Assembly (NCBI GenBank): GCA_963708025.1
Contig: CAVPSB010000049.1
Span: 96,001 to 160,000 of the forward strand
DNA: 64,000 nucleotides
Direction: 5' to 3'
Source of the DNA: an uncultured Candidatus Rokubacteria bacterium
GTDB lineage: Bacteria; Methylomirabilota; Methylomirabilia; Rokubacteriales; DASRDR01
Part shown: piece after piece, positions 10,988-21,394 of the stretch
Numbering within the stretch: the stretch's first letter is position 1
Layout of the letters: every line of letters begins with the position of its first letter
The notes under the pieces: model-generated
The model's input: the letters and a program-made list of their open reading frames with translations, nothing else
Told to the model about the DNA's origin: nothing
Databases searched by the model: none
Position numbers and translations under genes: made by a program

Positions 10988-11611
10988 CTAGTCCGCGAAG
11001 CCGACGACCCGGGGATCGCGGCTCTGCTCGTCGAGCTGGTTCATCGCTTCCCGGCGGCGCCGGCCGCCCTCGGGGCCCTTGCCGAGCTTCTCCTCCGGGT
11101 GTCTCTTCGCAGTCTTCGAGGCGCGGGCGATCGCTACCTTGCCGGTCCGCACCAGCTCCTGGATTCCCATGGGCCGCAGCAGCTCGATGATCGCGTCCAG
11201 CTTCGTCTCGTCCCCGGTCACCTCGAGCGTGAACGTCGTCGGCGTCACGTCGACGACCTTGGCGCGGAAGATGTCGGCGGTCCGCAGGATCTCGGCCCGG
11301 TGCTGCGGCTCGGCGTTGACCCGCATGAGCACCAGCTCCCGCTCGACGTGGCTGTCCTGGGTCAGGTCGCTGACCTTGATGACGTCGATCAGCTTGTGGA
11401 GCTGCTTGACGACCTGCTCGATCACGAACTGGTCGCCCCGCACCACCAGCGTCATGCGCGACACCGTGGGGTCCAGGGTCTCGCCGACCGAGAGCGACTC
11501 GATGTTGTACCCGCGGGCGCTGAAGAGGCCGGCGACCCGCGACAGCACCCCGAACTTGTTTTCGACCAGCACCGCGATCGTATGCTTGCTGACTTCGTTC
11601 CCGTTCTGCAC
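10988..11611 (-). CDS. ilvN: Acetolactate synthase small subunit
   Basis: [27 protein letters not shown] domain; lies between ilvB and ilvC. Confidence 0.96.
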   Translation of the reverse strand: MQNGNEVSKHTIAVLVENKFGVLSRVAGLFSARGYNIESLSVGETLDPTVSRMTLVVRGDQFVIEQVVKQLHKLIDVIKVSDLTQDSHVERELVLMRVNAEPQHRAEILRTADIFRAKVVDVTPTTFTLEVTGDETKLDAIIELLRPMGIQELVRTGKVAIARASKTAKRHPEEKLGKGPEGGRRRREAMNQLDEQSRDPRVVGFAD

Positions 11612-11654
11612 TCTACATCCCTTCCTGTCTTCGTGGATCGCCTGCGCCCGCGCC

Positions 11655-11785
11655 GGGCCGAGACCCGAGCAGCCCTAGGACGCAGGGAGTCGCCCACCGC
11701 AGGCGTATGCCGCATACGCCGAGGATGGGCGACGACCGAGGACGACGCGGATGCGACAGGCGTATCGGTGCGACGGCGGCACGGC
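11655..11785. repeat. Repeat family C (CGCAGGCGTA-loop-TACGCCGAGGA)
   Basis: Homologous to about 51430-51575 and to a partial copy at 5498-5535. Confidence 0.75.
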
Positions 11786-11787
11786 GC

Positions 11788-13545
11788 TCAAAAGCCGGTC
11801 TGGGACTTGGCGGCCTTGGCCTTCGCTTCCTTGTTCGGCTTCTCCAGCAACATGTCTTTGTTGGCGCCGCCCGCCGGCACCATCGGGAAGCAGTACTCGT
11901 CCTTGTCCACCATGACGTCGACCACCACCGGCCCCGGCGTGGCAAAGGCCTTCTCCAGCGCCGGCACCACCTCGTTCGGCTTGGAGGCCCGGATGCCGAC
12001 CGCCCCGTACGCCTCGGCCAGCTTGACGAAGTCCGGGCTGGCCGACAGGTCGATCGAGCAGAACCGGCCGCCGTAGATGATGTCCTGCCACTGGCGGACC
12101 ATCCCGTGGCCGCCGTTGTTGATGATCACGGTCTTGATCGGGAGCTGGTTCTCGACCACCGTGGCCAGCTCCTGGGAGTTCATGACGAAGCTGCCGTCGC
12201 CGTCGATCAGGACGACCAGCCGGTCGGGCCGGCCGACCTGGGCCCCCATCGCCGCCGGCAGCCCGTAGCCCATGGTGCCCAGGCCACCCGAGGTCAGCCA
12301 GTGGCGTGGGTGGCGGAAGCGATAGTGCTGGGCGGCCCACATCTGGTGCTGACCCACCCCGGTCACGATGATCGCCTCGCCGCGCGTGAGGTTCGACACC
12401 TCCTCGACGACGTACTGGGGCTTGATCAGCTCGTCGTCCCAGTCGTAGCGGAACGGATGCTTCGTCTGCCAGGCCAGGATCTGCTTGAGCCACGAATCCC
12501 GCGCTTCCCGCACCGCGGCGCTCGGCTCGGCGGCCCCCTCCTCGAGGAGGTGCTCCTTCAGCTTGGCCAGTACGCGCCGGCAGTCTCCCACGATCGGGAT
12601 GTGGACCTTGATGTTCTTCGAGATCGAGGACGGGTCGATGTCGATGTGGACGATCTCCGCCTGGGGGGCGAAGAACTCGACCTTGCCGGTCACGCGATCG
12701 TCGAAGCGGGCGCCCACCGCGATGAGCACGTCGGAGTTGTAGACCGCCATGTTGGGGGCGTAGCCCCCGTGCATGCCGAGCATCCCCATCGAGAGCGGGT
12801 GGTCGGAGGGGAAGGCGCCCATCGCCATGACGGTCGTGGTGACCGGGACCCGCGTGAGCTGGGCGACCTCGGCCAGCTCGGGGGCGGCGTCCGAGGCGAT
12901 GACGCCCCCGCCGACGTAGAGGACGGGGCGCTTCGCCCGCATGATCGCCCGGGCGGCTTTGCGGATCTGACCCGCGTGCCCCTCGTACGTCGGGTTGTAC
13001 GAGCGGAGGTGGACGGACTCGGGGTACTCGAATTCGGCCTGCTTGATCAGGATGTCCTTCGGCAGGTCGACGTGGACCGGCCCCGGTCGGCCGGTGGCGG
13101 CGACGTAGAAGGCCTCCTTGATGACCGGGGCGATGTCCTTGGTGTCCTTCACCAGGAAGTTGTGCTTGGTGCACGGCCGCGTGATGCCGACGTTGTCCGC
13201 CTCCTGGAAGGCGTCGTTCCCGATCAGGTGGGTGGGGACCTGGCCGGTGAAGGCGACGATCGGCATCGAGTCCATGTAGGCGTCCTGGAGGGCGGTCACC
13301 AGGTTCGTGGCCGCCGGGCCCGACGTCACCATGCACACGCCGACCTTGCCCGAGACGCGGGCGTAGCCCTCGGCGGCGTGGCCGGCGGCGGCCTCCTGGC
13401 GGCACAGGACGTGGCGCAGGGGCCCCGGGAAGTCGTAGAGCGCGTCGTAGATGGGCAGGACGGCTCCGCCGGGGAGGCCGAACACCACGTCCACGCCTTC
13501 ACGCTTGAGCGACTCGAGAACGATCCGGGCGCCGCTGAATTTCAT
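11788..13545 (-). CDS. ilvB: Acetolactate synthase large subunit
   Basis: GLPGGA, TSGPAATN, GARFDDRVTG, GQHQMW and GDGSF TPP motif. Confidence 0.97.
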   Translation of the reverse strand: MKFSGARIVLESLKREGVDVVFGLPGGAVLPIYDALYDFPGPLRHVLCRQEAAAGHAAEGYARVSGKVGVCMVTSGPAATNLVTALQDAYMDSMPIVAFTGQVPTHLIGNDAFQEADNVGITRPCTKHNFLVKDTKDIAPVIKEAFYVAATGRPGPVHVDLPKDILIKQAEFEYPESVHLRSYNPTYEGHAGQIRKAARAIMRAKRPVLYVGGGVIASDAAPELAEVAQLTRVPVTTTVMAMGAFPSDHPLSMGMLGMHGGYAPNMAVYNSDVLIAVGARFDDRVTGKVEFFAPQAEIVHIDIDPSSISKNIKVHIPIVGDCRRVLAKLKEHLLEEGAAEPSAAVREARDSWLKQILAWQTKHPFRYDWDDELIKPQYVVEEVSNLTRGEAIIVTGVGQHQMWAAQHYRFRHPRHWLTSGGLGTMGYGLPAAMGAQVGRPDRLVVLIDGDGSFVMNSQELATVVENQLPIKTVIINNGGHGMVRQWQDIIYGGRFCSIDLSASPDFVKLAEAYGAVGIRASKPNEVVPALEKAFATPGPVVVDVMVDKDEYCFPMVPAGGANKDMLLEKPNKEAKAKAAKSQTGF

Positions 13546-13593
13546 GTCTCGCTCCTACCTCTGCTCCGAATGAAGGCGGATGACGTCCGCCAC

Positions 13594-14491
13594 CTACAGG
13601 AGCCCCGCCGTGGCCAGGATCTCCGTGATCTCCTCGATCGCGTCCCCGTCGGGAACGGGCAGCGGCATGCGGGGCAGACCGCCGTAGTACCCCAGGAGAT
13701 CCTGGGCGGCCTTCAGGCCCCCGATCCCGTACCGCCCGCTGATGCCGGTCGCCAGCGGGCTCAGCCGGTAGACGATCTCGCGCGCCTCGCCCCACTGGCC
13801 GGCCCGGGCCAGGCGCCAGATCTCGCAGCACTCGCGGGGCGCCACGTTGGCCACCGCCAGGATCCCGCCGGCCGCGCCCAGCAGGAGCGCCGGCAGGAAG
13901 GCGATCGGCGAGCCGACCAGGACCTGGAACGTCTTCGGGGTCAGCCGCATCATCTCGGCCGCCTGGGGAACGTTGCCCGAGCTGTCCTTGATCCCGCGGA
14001 TGTTCGGGTGCTCGGCCAGCCTGGCGACGAGGTCGGGCTCCAGGTTGATCCCGGTGTTGGCCGGGAAGTTGTAGAGGAGCACCGGGACCGGCGAGGCGTC
14101 CGCGACCGCCCGGTAGTGCCGGATGAGGGCCGGCGGCTTCATCATCCCCTTGTAGTAGCTCGGGGTGATGATGATCACCGCGTCCGCCCCCAGCTCGGCC
14201 GCGCGGCGGGACAGCCGGATCGCGGCGCCGGTCGAACTCTCCCCCGGTGCCCGCGACCAGCTGCCGGGACCGCGGGATCTCGGCCCGGGCCGTCGCGATG
14301 ACCCGCTCCTTTTCGGCCTCGGAGAGGAGCGGGAACTCGCCGGTCGAGCCCAGCACCACGTAGCCGGCCAGCGGGTACTCGTCGAGACGGCGAAGGTTCG
14401 CGGCCAGCTTGTCGTGGGCCACGTGGTCGTCGCGGAAGGGGGTCAGGACCGGGGGATAGACACCCTCGAAGCTCGGCGCTCGGCTATCCAT
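13594..14491 (-). CDS. DapA-family aldolase, 4-hydroxy-2-oxoglutarate aldolase (HOGA)-like; 1-bp frameshift at about 14235
   Basis: GVYPPVLTPF, GSTGE, TPSYYKGMM, LYNFPANTG and Schiff-base GIKDSSG, split over two frames. Confidence 0.85.
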
Positions 14492-17312
14492 GGGCGCCCC
14501 GCTCCTTGATGCGGGCCTGGGCCGCTGCCAGCCGGGCGGTCGGGATCTGATACGGGGAGCACGAAACGTACGTCATACCCGCCCGGTGACAGAACTCCAC
14601 GGAAGACGGCTCGCCTCCGTGCTCACCGCAGATCCCGACCTTCAGATCGGGCCGTGTGCGCCGCCCGCGCTCGATGCCGATCCGGACCAGCTCGCCGACG
14701 CCCTCCTGGTCGAGGACCCGGAACGGATCGCGTGGCAACAGCTCCTTCTCCAGATAGAGCGGGAGGAACTTGCCCACGTCGTCGCGACTGTAGCCGTAGG
14801 TCAGCTGGGTGAGATCGTTGGTCCCGAACGAGAAGAAGGCCGCCTCGTGGGCGATCTGGTCGGCGACCAGGACCGCCCGCGGCACCTCGATCATCGTCCC
14901 GGTGGTATACGGGACCCGCACCCCCGTCTCGGCGAGGACCGCCTCGGCCGTCCGCTCGGTCAACTCCCGCGTCAATCGCATCTCGCCCACCGTGCCCGTC
15001 AGCGGGATCATGACCTCGGGCTCCACCGGAACGCCCTGCGTCACGAGCGCGGCGGCCGCCTCGAAGATGGCCCGGACCTGCATCTCGTAGATCTCGGGGT
15101 AGGTGATGCCCATCCGGCAGCCCCGGTTCCCGAGCATCGGATTGGCCTCCTGGAGGCTCCGCACGCTGACCAGATCCTCCTTCAGCTCATCGATCCGCGT
15201 CTGCACACGCGCCAGCTCGGTCTCGAGTGGAGCCCTGGCCATGACGCGCTGGAAGCCGGGGTCCAGCGCGAGCTGCGTCCGGACGCTCTGGTCAACGTGC
15301 TCCAGCCCGGGGCGCCGCTCCCGCAGGTCGCCCAGCTCTTCCAGCAGCTTGGCCTCCTTGGGCAGGAACTCGTGGAGGGGCGGATCCAGCAGGCGGATCG
15401 TCACCGGACGCCCGGCCATCGTCCGGAAGATGCCGACGAAGTCCTCGCGCTGCATCGGGAGGAGCTGGTCGAGCGCCCGCTGCCGGGTCTCCCGGTCCCG
15501 GGCCTGGATCATGTTGCGGACGATGGGAATCCGCTCCTCCGGCTTGAAGAACATGTGCTCGGTGCGACAGAGGCCGATCCCCTGGGCGCCGAAAGCCAGC
15601 GCGGTGGCCGAGTCGCCCGGCGTGTCCGCGTTGGCCCGCACCCCGAGGGTCCGCACCTCGTCCGCCCAACCGAGGATCGTGCTCCAGTAGCCGAAGAGCG
15701 GCGATTCCTCGGGCCGGAGCGACTTGGTGAGCTGGACCTGCACGATCTCCGACGGCTTGGTCGGCAGCTCGCCCAGGATCACCTCGCCGGTTTCGCCGTC
15801 GAGGGCGATCACGTCCCCCTGGCGGACCCGGAGGTCCCCGCGACGAAACTCGTGCGCCTCCTCGTCCACCGTGATGTCACCACAGCCGACCACGCAGCAT
15901 TTCCCCATGCCGCGACCAACGACCGCCGCGTGGGAGGTGAGGCCGCCTCGTGACGTCAGGATGCCGCCGGCCGCATACATCCCGGCCACGTCCTCCGGCG
16001 AGGTCTCGGCCCGGACCAGGATCACCTTCACGCCGCGGTCCGCCCACTCCTCGGCGTCGTCGGCCGTGAAGACGACCTTGCCGACGCAGGCCCCGGGGGC
16101 GGCCGGGAGACCCTTCGCGATCAGCCGCCCGCCCTCGATGGCACGAGCCTTGGCCTTGAGGTCGAAGCCGGGGTGCAGGAGCTGGTCGAGTTGCCCAGGG
16201 TCGACCCTCAGCAGGGCCAGGTCCCGATCGATCAGCCCTTCTTTCACCATCTCCACGGCGATCCGCACCGCGGCCGCCGCCGTCCGCTTCCCGCGCCGGG
16301 TCTGCAGGATGTACAGCGTCCCTTCCTGGATCGTGAACTCGATGTCGAGCATGTCCCGGTAGTGGCGCTCGAGCGTCTGGTACGTCGCCTCCAGCTCCTG
16401 GTACACGCCCGGCATCCGGTCACGCAGGTTGGCGATCGGCTGGGGGGTCCGGATGCCGGCCACCACGTCCTCGCCCTGCGCGTTGACCAGGAACTCGCCG
16501 AAGAACCGCCGCTCCCCGGTCGAGGGATCCCGGGTGAACGCGACGCCGGTCCCCGAACTGTCCCCGAGATTGCCGAAGACCATCGTCTGGACGGTGACCG
16601 CGGTCCCCCAGTCGTTCGGGATTCCGTGGATCCGGCGGTAGTCCTCGGCCTTCTTCGAGAACCAGGAGCCAAAGACCGCGCGAATCGCCAGGTTGAGCTG
16701 CAGCTGCGGCTCTTGCGGGAAGGGCTCGCCGGCCTCCTCGTAGAGGCCCTTGTAGGCGGAGACGAGCCCGCGCAGCGCAGGCGCTGGCAGCTCGGCGTCG
16801 GACGCGGCTCCCATTCGCACCTTCGCCGCGTCGAGCAGGTCGTCGAAGAGACGGCGGTTGATCCCGAGGACGACGTCGCCGAACATCGTGAGGAAGCGGC
16901 GATAGCAGTCCCAGGCGAAGCGCTCGTTTCCGGTCCGCTGGGCGAGCCCCTCGACGGTCTTGTCGTTCAGGCCGAGGTTCAGGACCGTTTCCATCATGCC
17001 CGGCATCGAGACCCGCGCGCCGGAACGGACGGAAACGAGGAGCGGGCGGTCGGGATCGCCGAGCCGGAGGCCGACCAGACTCTCGAGGCGTCCGAGATGC
17101 TCCTGCACCTCGTCCCACAGGCCGTCGGGGTCGCGACGTCCGAGGCGCTCGTACTCCGTCCACGCCTCGGTCGTGATGGTGAGCCCGGGCGGGACCCGGA
17201 TTCCCAGGTTCGTCATCTCGGCCAGCTCGCACCCCTTGCCGCCGAGGAGGTTCCTGAGCTGGCTCGAACCTTCGGCCCGCCCGCCTCCGAAAAAGTAGAC
17301 AAGCTTCCTCAT
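14484..17312 (-). CDS. ppdK: Pyruvate, phosphate dikinase
   Basis: LLGGKG, SVRSGARVSMPGMM, GGLTSHAAVV phospho-His, CRTEHMF and FGTNDLTQ. Confidence 0.97.
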   Translation of the reverse strand: MRKLVYFFGGGRAEGSSQLRNLLGGKGCELAEMTNLGIRVPPGLTITTEAWTEYERLGRRDPDGLWDEVQEHLGRLESLVGLRLGDPDRPLLVSVRSGARVSMPGMMETVLNLGLNDKTVEGLAQRTGNERFAWDCYRRFLTMFGDVVLGINRRLFDDLLDAAKVRMGAASDAELPAPALRGLVSAYKGLYEEAGEPFPQEPQLQLNLAIRAVFGSWFSKKAEDYRRIHGIPNDWGTAVTVQTMVFGNLGDSSGTGVAFTRDPSTGERRFFGEFLVNAQGEDVVAGIRTPQPIANLRDRMPGVYQELEATYQTLERHYRDMLDIEFTIQEGTLYILQTRRGKRTAAAAVRIAVEMVKEGLIDRDLALLRVDPGQLDQLLHPGFDLKAKARAIEGGRLIAKGLPAAPGACVGKVVFTADDAEEWADRGVKVILVRAETSPEDVAGMYAAGGILTSRGGLTSHAAVVGRGMGKCCVVGCGDITVDEEAHEFRRGDLRVRQGDVIALDGETGEVILGELPTKPSEIVQVQLTKSLRPEESPLFGYWSTILGWADEVRTLGVRANADTPGDSATALAFGAQGIGLCRTEHMFFKPEERIPIVRNMIQARDRETRQRALDQLLPMQREDFVGIFRTMAGRPVTIRLLDPPLHEFLPKEAKLLEELGDLRERRPGLEHVDQSVRTQLALDPGFQRVMARAPLETELARVQTRIDELKEDLVSVRSLQEANPMLGNRGCRMGITYPEIYEMQVRAIFEAAAALVTQGVPVEPEVMIPLTGTVGEMRLTRELTERTAEAVLAETGVRVPYTTGTMIEVPRAVLVADQIAHEAAFFSFGTNDLTQLTYGYSRDDVGKFLPLYLEKELLPRDPFRVLDQEGVGELVRIGIERGRRTRPDLKVGICGEHGGEPSSVEFCHRAGMTYVSCSPYQIPTARLAAAQARIKERGAHG

Positions 17313-17494
17313 GGTCTCGGCTCTCCACCCAGATTGGCAGAAAAGTCTTTCCAACGTATCAGTTAAGGCGCTGTTCTGTCAAGGCAAAGCCGGTTCTACG
17401 GTGCCCGCTGAACCAGTCCGACGAGTAGGGAGACCGAGGCGAGGCGCGACGGCTCGAGGGCGAGCCGATCCGGCGGCTCCCATTCCCACCGCCC

Positions 17495-17629
17495 GTCGGC
17501 TTCTCGCAACCCTCGGGCTCTGGCCACGCGGCCGTGGCGTTCCGCTCCGCGCCCCGGCCCAAAGGCCGAAAAATAGTCGCGGCCTCCGAGGGGGGACTCG
17601 TGGGCGTCTTCCAAGACCCCCCGATGTTC
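17495..17629 (-). repeat. Repeat family B, long form, abutting the FadR-regulator stop codon
   Basis: TCGGCTTCTCGCAAC...GGCCACGCGGCC...GGCGTTCCGCT shared with the copies at 49004 and 55667. Confidence 0.8.
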
Positions 17630-18424
17630 TCAGCGCGGGGGCCGGGGACGGCGGGAGCGGCGCGCTCGCGACGAGACCGGGGCCTCGTCGCCCCGGGCTT
17701 CGCCCTCCACGCCCTCGACCGGCGTCTCGCGTCCGACGACGAGCTGCTCGACGGCGATCAGATGCGCGAGCATGGCCCGCCGCGCGGCTTCCTCGTCACG
17801 GGCCTGAATGGCGGCGAGGACTTGCCGGTGATCCTGGTGGGAGCGCTCCGGCCGGCCGGGGATGTGGAGCGATTCCTCTCGCGTCTGGGTGAGCAGGTCC
17901 ATGAGGGCCGTCACGATGCGGGTGATCGCCCGGTTGTGGGCGGAGTGGGCGATGGCGGTGTGGAACGCGGCGTCCTGTGCCAGCCCCGTCCGGCCCGCCG
18001 CGATCTCCCGGGCCTGCTCGTCCAGGATGCGTCCCAGCTCGAGCGCCTCCTCGTGGGTCGCCCGGCGCGCCGCCAGCCCGGCGATGGGCGGCTCCAGGAG
18101 GCGCCGCGCCTCGTAGAGGTCGGCGATCCCCTCACGCTGGTTCAGGATGACCAGGGCCAGCGGCTCGACGAGCGATTCGACCGAGATGCTGCGGACGAAG
18201 GCTCCCTCGCCGGCCCGGATCTCGACCAGCCCGGTGCTCTCCAGCGCCCGCAAGGCTTCCCGGACCGACGTCCGGCTCACCCGGAAGCGCTCGGCGAGGT
18301 CGCGCTCGGGCGGGAGGCGATCGCCCGACTTGAGCTGACCGTCGGCGATCAGGCCGCGGATCTGCCGGACGATCTCCGCGTAGATGCGGGTGGACTTGAC
18401 GGGCTCGACGCTCGGCCAGCTCAT
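17630..18424 (-). CDS. FadR/GntR-family transcriptional regulator (FCD domain)
   Basis: GDRLPPERDLAERFRVSRTSVREAL winged helix; DAAFH...AHN...DH FCD motif. Confidence 0.93.
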   Translation of the reverse strand: MSWPSVEPVKSTRIYAEIVRQIRGLIADGQLKSGDRLPPERDLAERFRVSRTSVREALRALESTGLVEIRAGEGAFVRSISVESLVEPLALVILNQREGIADLYEARRLLEPPIAGLAARRATHEEALELGRILDEQAREIAAGRTGLAQDAAFHTAIAHSAHNRAITRIVTALMDLLTQTREESLHIPGRPERSHQDHRQVLAAIQARDEEAARRAMLAHLIAVEQLVVGRETPVEGVEGEARGDEAPVSSRARRSRRPRPPR

Positions 18425-18475
18425 GACGTGAGGGAGTATACCGGCGCCGGCCGGCGCGGCGCAAACGCGGCCGGG

Positions 18476-19189
18476 CTACTTCCGCGACGCGGCCGGACGA
18501 TGGCGAGCCGCCGTTCGCCGGGCGACCCACAGGCGCCCGGCGAGGACCACCGCGACCCCGAGGGTGGCCGGGAGCACCCAGTGCAGGGCGTCGGCCGCCC
18601 CCTCGCCCATCCAGCGCCGGAGGACGTGGTCCTTGAGGATCATCTCGCCGGCCACCCAGCCGAGGATCCCGGCGCCCAGGTCCACGATCCAGGTGAACCG
18701 GCCCATCAGCCGGGCGAGGATACCGCTGCCCCAGATCACGATCGGGATCGAGAGCCCGACTCCGAAGACGACGAGCAGCATGTCGCCGTGGGCGGCGGCG
18801 GCGACGGCCAGGACGTTGTCCAGGCTCATGATCACGTCGGCCACGATGATGATCCAGATGGCCTCGAACAGTGAGGTCCCGTGGCGCACGGTGTGGTCAC
18901 CGGCCTCCTGGGTGACCAGCTTCACCGCGATCCAGAGCAGCAGCCCGCCCCCCACCGCCTGGAGGAGCGGAATCCGCAGCAGGAACGTGATGATGCCGAT
19001 GAACAGGATCCGGAGGGCCACGGCGCCGAAGGTGCCCCAGAGGCGGCCCTGCCATTGCTGGCGCTTCGGCAGGTTCCGGACGGCGAGCGCGATGACCAGC
19101 GCGTTGTCGCCGGCCAGCGTGAGGTCGAGGATGACGATGGCGATCCAGCGGGCCCAGAACTCGGGGTCGGCCAGCTCGGCGAAGTTCAT
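18476..19189 (-). CDS. TerC/YjbE-family membrane protein
   Basis: DLTLAGDNALVIA and ADVIMSLDNVLAVA motifs. Confidence 0.92.
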   Translation of the reverse strand: MNFAELADPEFWARWIAIVILDLTLAGDNALVIALAVRNLPKRQQWQGRLWGTFGAVALRILFIGIITFLLRIPLLQAVGGGLLLWIAVKLVTQEAGDHTVRHGTSLFEAIWIIIVADVIMSLDNVLAVAAAAHGDMLLVVFGVGLSIPIVIWGSGILARLMGRFTWIVDLGAGILGWVAGEMILKDHVLRRWMGEGAADALHWVLPATLGVAVVLAGRLWVARRTAARHRPAASRK

Positions 19190-19301
19190 CGGGCTACGCC
19201 GGGCCAACGCGTGACACGTTCACGGCGACGGGGCCGGCTCGGCGGACGGGGTGGCGGCACGCCCCGATGATCGGCATGCCGCGCCACCGGAGGGCTCCGC
19301 C

Positions 19302-20825
19302 TCAATGTCGTTCGGAGGAGACGACGGACCCCGGCAGGGCCCGGAGCCGGCGCACCACCGGCCCCAGCACGGGCAGCGCGAACAGCACGAGCGCCACCAG
19401 GGTGATGGCGGCCGAGATCGGGCTCTGAAAGAAGATGAGCAGCGAGCCCTGCGACATGATCAGGCTCTGACGGAGCGCGCTCTCGGCCAGGTCGCCGAGG
19501 ACGAGGGCCAGGACCAGCGGCGCCAGCGGGTAGTCGAGCTTCTTGAACACGTAGCCCAGCAGGCCGAAGCCGAGCATGTACCAGACGTCGAGCATGCTGT
19601 TGCTCACCGCGTAGGCCCCGATCGCGCACACGAAGACGATGAGCGGCGTCAGGATCGCGAACGGCAGCCTCAGGATGGCGGCGAAGGCGGGGACGAAGGC
19701 CAGGACCATCACCACGCCGATGACGTTGCCCGTGTACATGCTGGCGATGAGGCCCCAGACGAAGTCCGGCTTCTCGATGAAGAGCATGGGCCCCGGCTGG
19801 AGACCCCAGATCAGGAGCCCCCCGAGCATGACGGCCGCCGTCGGCGAGCCCGGGATGCCGAGCGTGATCATCGGGAGCATGGCCGCCACGCCGGCCGCGT
19901 GGGCGGCCGTCTCGGGGGCGACCACCCCTTCCAGCACGCCGGTCCCGAACTTCTCGGGGTGCCGGGAGAACCTCCGGGCGAAGCCGTAGCTCATGAACGA
20001 GGCCGGGGTGGCGCCGCCCGGCTTGAAGCCCATCCAGAACCCGATCAGCGCGCTCCGGAGGAACGTCTTCCAGTAGCCCGCCAGCTCGCGCCACGTCTTC
20101 AGCATCTCGCGGAACCGGACCCGCGGCGTGATGCCCCGGAACTCGAGCCCCTCCTCGACGGTCAGGAGGATCTCACCCAGCCCGAAGAGGCCGATGACCG
20201 CGACGATGAACGAGAAGCCCCGCATCAGCTCGATGGAGCCGAAGGTCATCCGCAGCTTGCCGGTCACGACGTCGAGCCCGACCGCCGCCAGGATGAAGCC
20301 GATGAGGATCGAGACGAGGGACTTCACGGGGTTCCCGCCACCCAGCCCGATGAAGCTGGAGAAGGTCAGGAGCTGGATGGCGAAGAACTCGGGCGGGCCG
20401 AACTTGAGGGCCAGCTCGGCCAGCGGCAGGGCGAAGAACGAGACCAGGACGATGGCGAACGCCGCGCCCACGAACGAGGACGTGAAGGCCGCGGTGAGGG
20501 CCTCGCCCCCCCGGCCCTGCTTGGCCAGCGGGTAGCCGTCGAGCGTGGTGGCCACCGACCACGGCTCGCCCGGGATGTTGAACAGGATCGAGGTGATCGC
20601 CCCGCCGAAGAGGGCGCCCCAGTAGATGCAGGTCAGCAGGATGATCGCCGAGGTAGGGGGCATCGTGAAGGTCAGGGGCAGCAGGATGGCCACGCCGTTG
20701 GCGCCGCCCAGCCCCGGGAGCACGCCGATGATCGTGCCGAGAGTGATCCCGATCACCGCCATCAGGAGGTTGAACGGGGTGATCGCGATCTGAAAGCCGA
20801 GGAGGAGGTGCTCGATGCCCCCCAT
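19302..20825 (-). CDS. tctA: Tripartite tricarboxylate transporter large permease
   Basis: GVLPGLG, NIPGEP, GVVAPE and TLGIPGS repeated motifs. Confidence 0.95.
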   Translation of the reverse strand: MGGIEHLLLGFQIAITPFNLLMAVIGITLGTIIGVLPGLGGANGVAILLPLTFTMPPTSAIILLTCIYWGALFGGAITSILFNIPGEPWSVATTLDGYPLAKQGRGGEALTAAFTSSFVGAAFAIVLVSFFALPLAELALKFGPPEFFAIQLLTFSSFIGLGGGNPVKSLVSILIGFILAAVGLDVVTGKLRMTFGSIELMRGFSFIVAVIGLFGLGEILLTVEEGLEFRGITPRVRFREMLKTWRELAGYWKTFLRSALIGFWMGFKPGGATPASFMSYGFARRFSRHPEKFGTGVLEGVVAPETAAHAAGVAAMLPMITLGIPGSPTAAVMLGGLLIWGLQPGPMLFIEKPDFVWGLIASMYTGNVIGVVMVLAFVPAFAAILRLPFAILTPLIVFVCAIGAYAVSNSMLDVWYMLGFGLLGYVFKKLDYPLAPLVLALVLGDLAESALRQSLIMSQGSLLIFFQSPISAAITLVALVLFALPVLGPVVRRLRALPGSVVSSERH

Positions 20826-20881
20826 CACGCCCCAGTTCCCGCGCCCTTCCGGGAAGCGGGGACAGAACCAGGATCAGCCAC

Positions 20882-21355
20882 TCAGTATCCGAAATAGGCT
20901 TCGAGGGGGCCCTTGGGCATCGGCACCAGGAACCACACCTCGAAGATCAGAAAGGTGACAACGGGGATCCCAACGCTCAGGAGGATAATCAGGCCCCAGG
21001 AGTGCCGCCCGAGCCAGCGCATGTAGGCGGCCAGGTAGAGCCCTCCGGCGACGTAGAGCCCGAGGGGATACACCAGCAGCACCATGCCCGCCGCCGGCAG
21101 CGCAACCTTGGCCACCGGCGCCAGCTGACCCGGCGCCAGGAACGGCTTCCGGTAGAGGGGGAGGTCGGGCTGGAGCGCCGCCTGCCCCAGGACGACGGCG
21201 GAGGAAAGCCCGAGGCCCAGGCCGAGGTAGAACACGAAGAAGCCCGACTGGGGGCCGTCCGTGCTCCAGCCGATCCCCAGACGCAGCCCTTCGGCGATGA
21301 CCACGATCGCCCCGGCGAGCAGGACGATCGCGCAGACGACGTCAGCCCGGCGCAT
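20882..21355 (-). CDS. tctB: Tripartite tricarboxylate transporter small subunit
   Basis: About four TM helices, GPQSGFF and VPMPKG; lies between tctC and tctA. Confidence 0.88.
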   Translation of the reverse strand: MRRADVVCAIVLLAGAIVVIAEGLRLGIGWSTDGPQSGFFVFYLGLGLGLSSAVVLGQAALQPDLPLYRKPFLAPGQLAPVAKVALPAAGMVLLVYPLGLYVAGGLYLAAYMRWLGRHSWGLIILLSVGIPVVTFLIFEVWFLVPMPKGPLEAYFGY

Positions 21356-21394
21356 GATGACTCGGACCGCTTCGCTCTCGCCGCCGGCGGGCGG

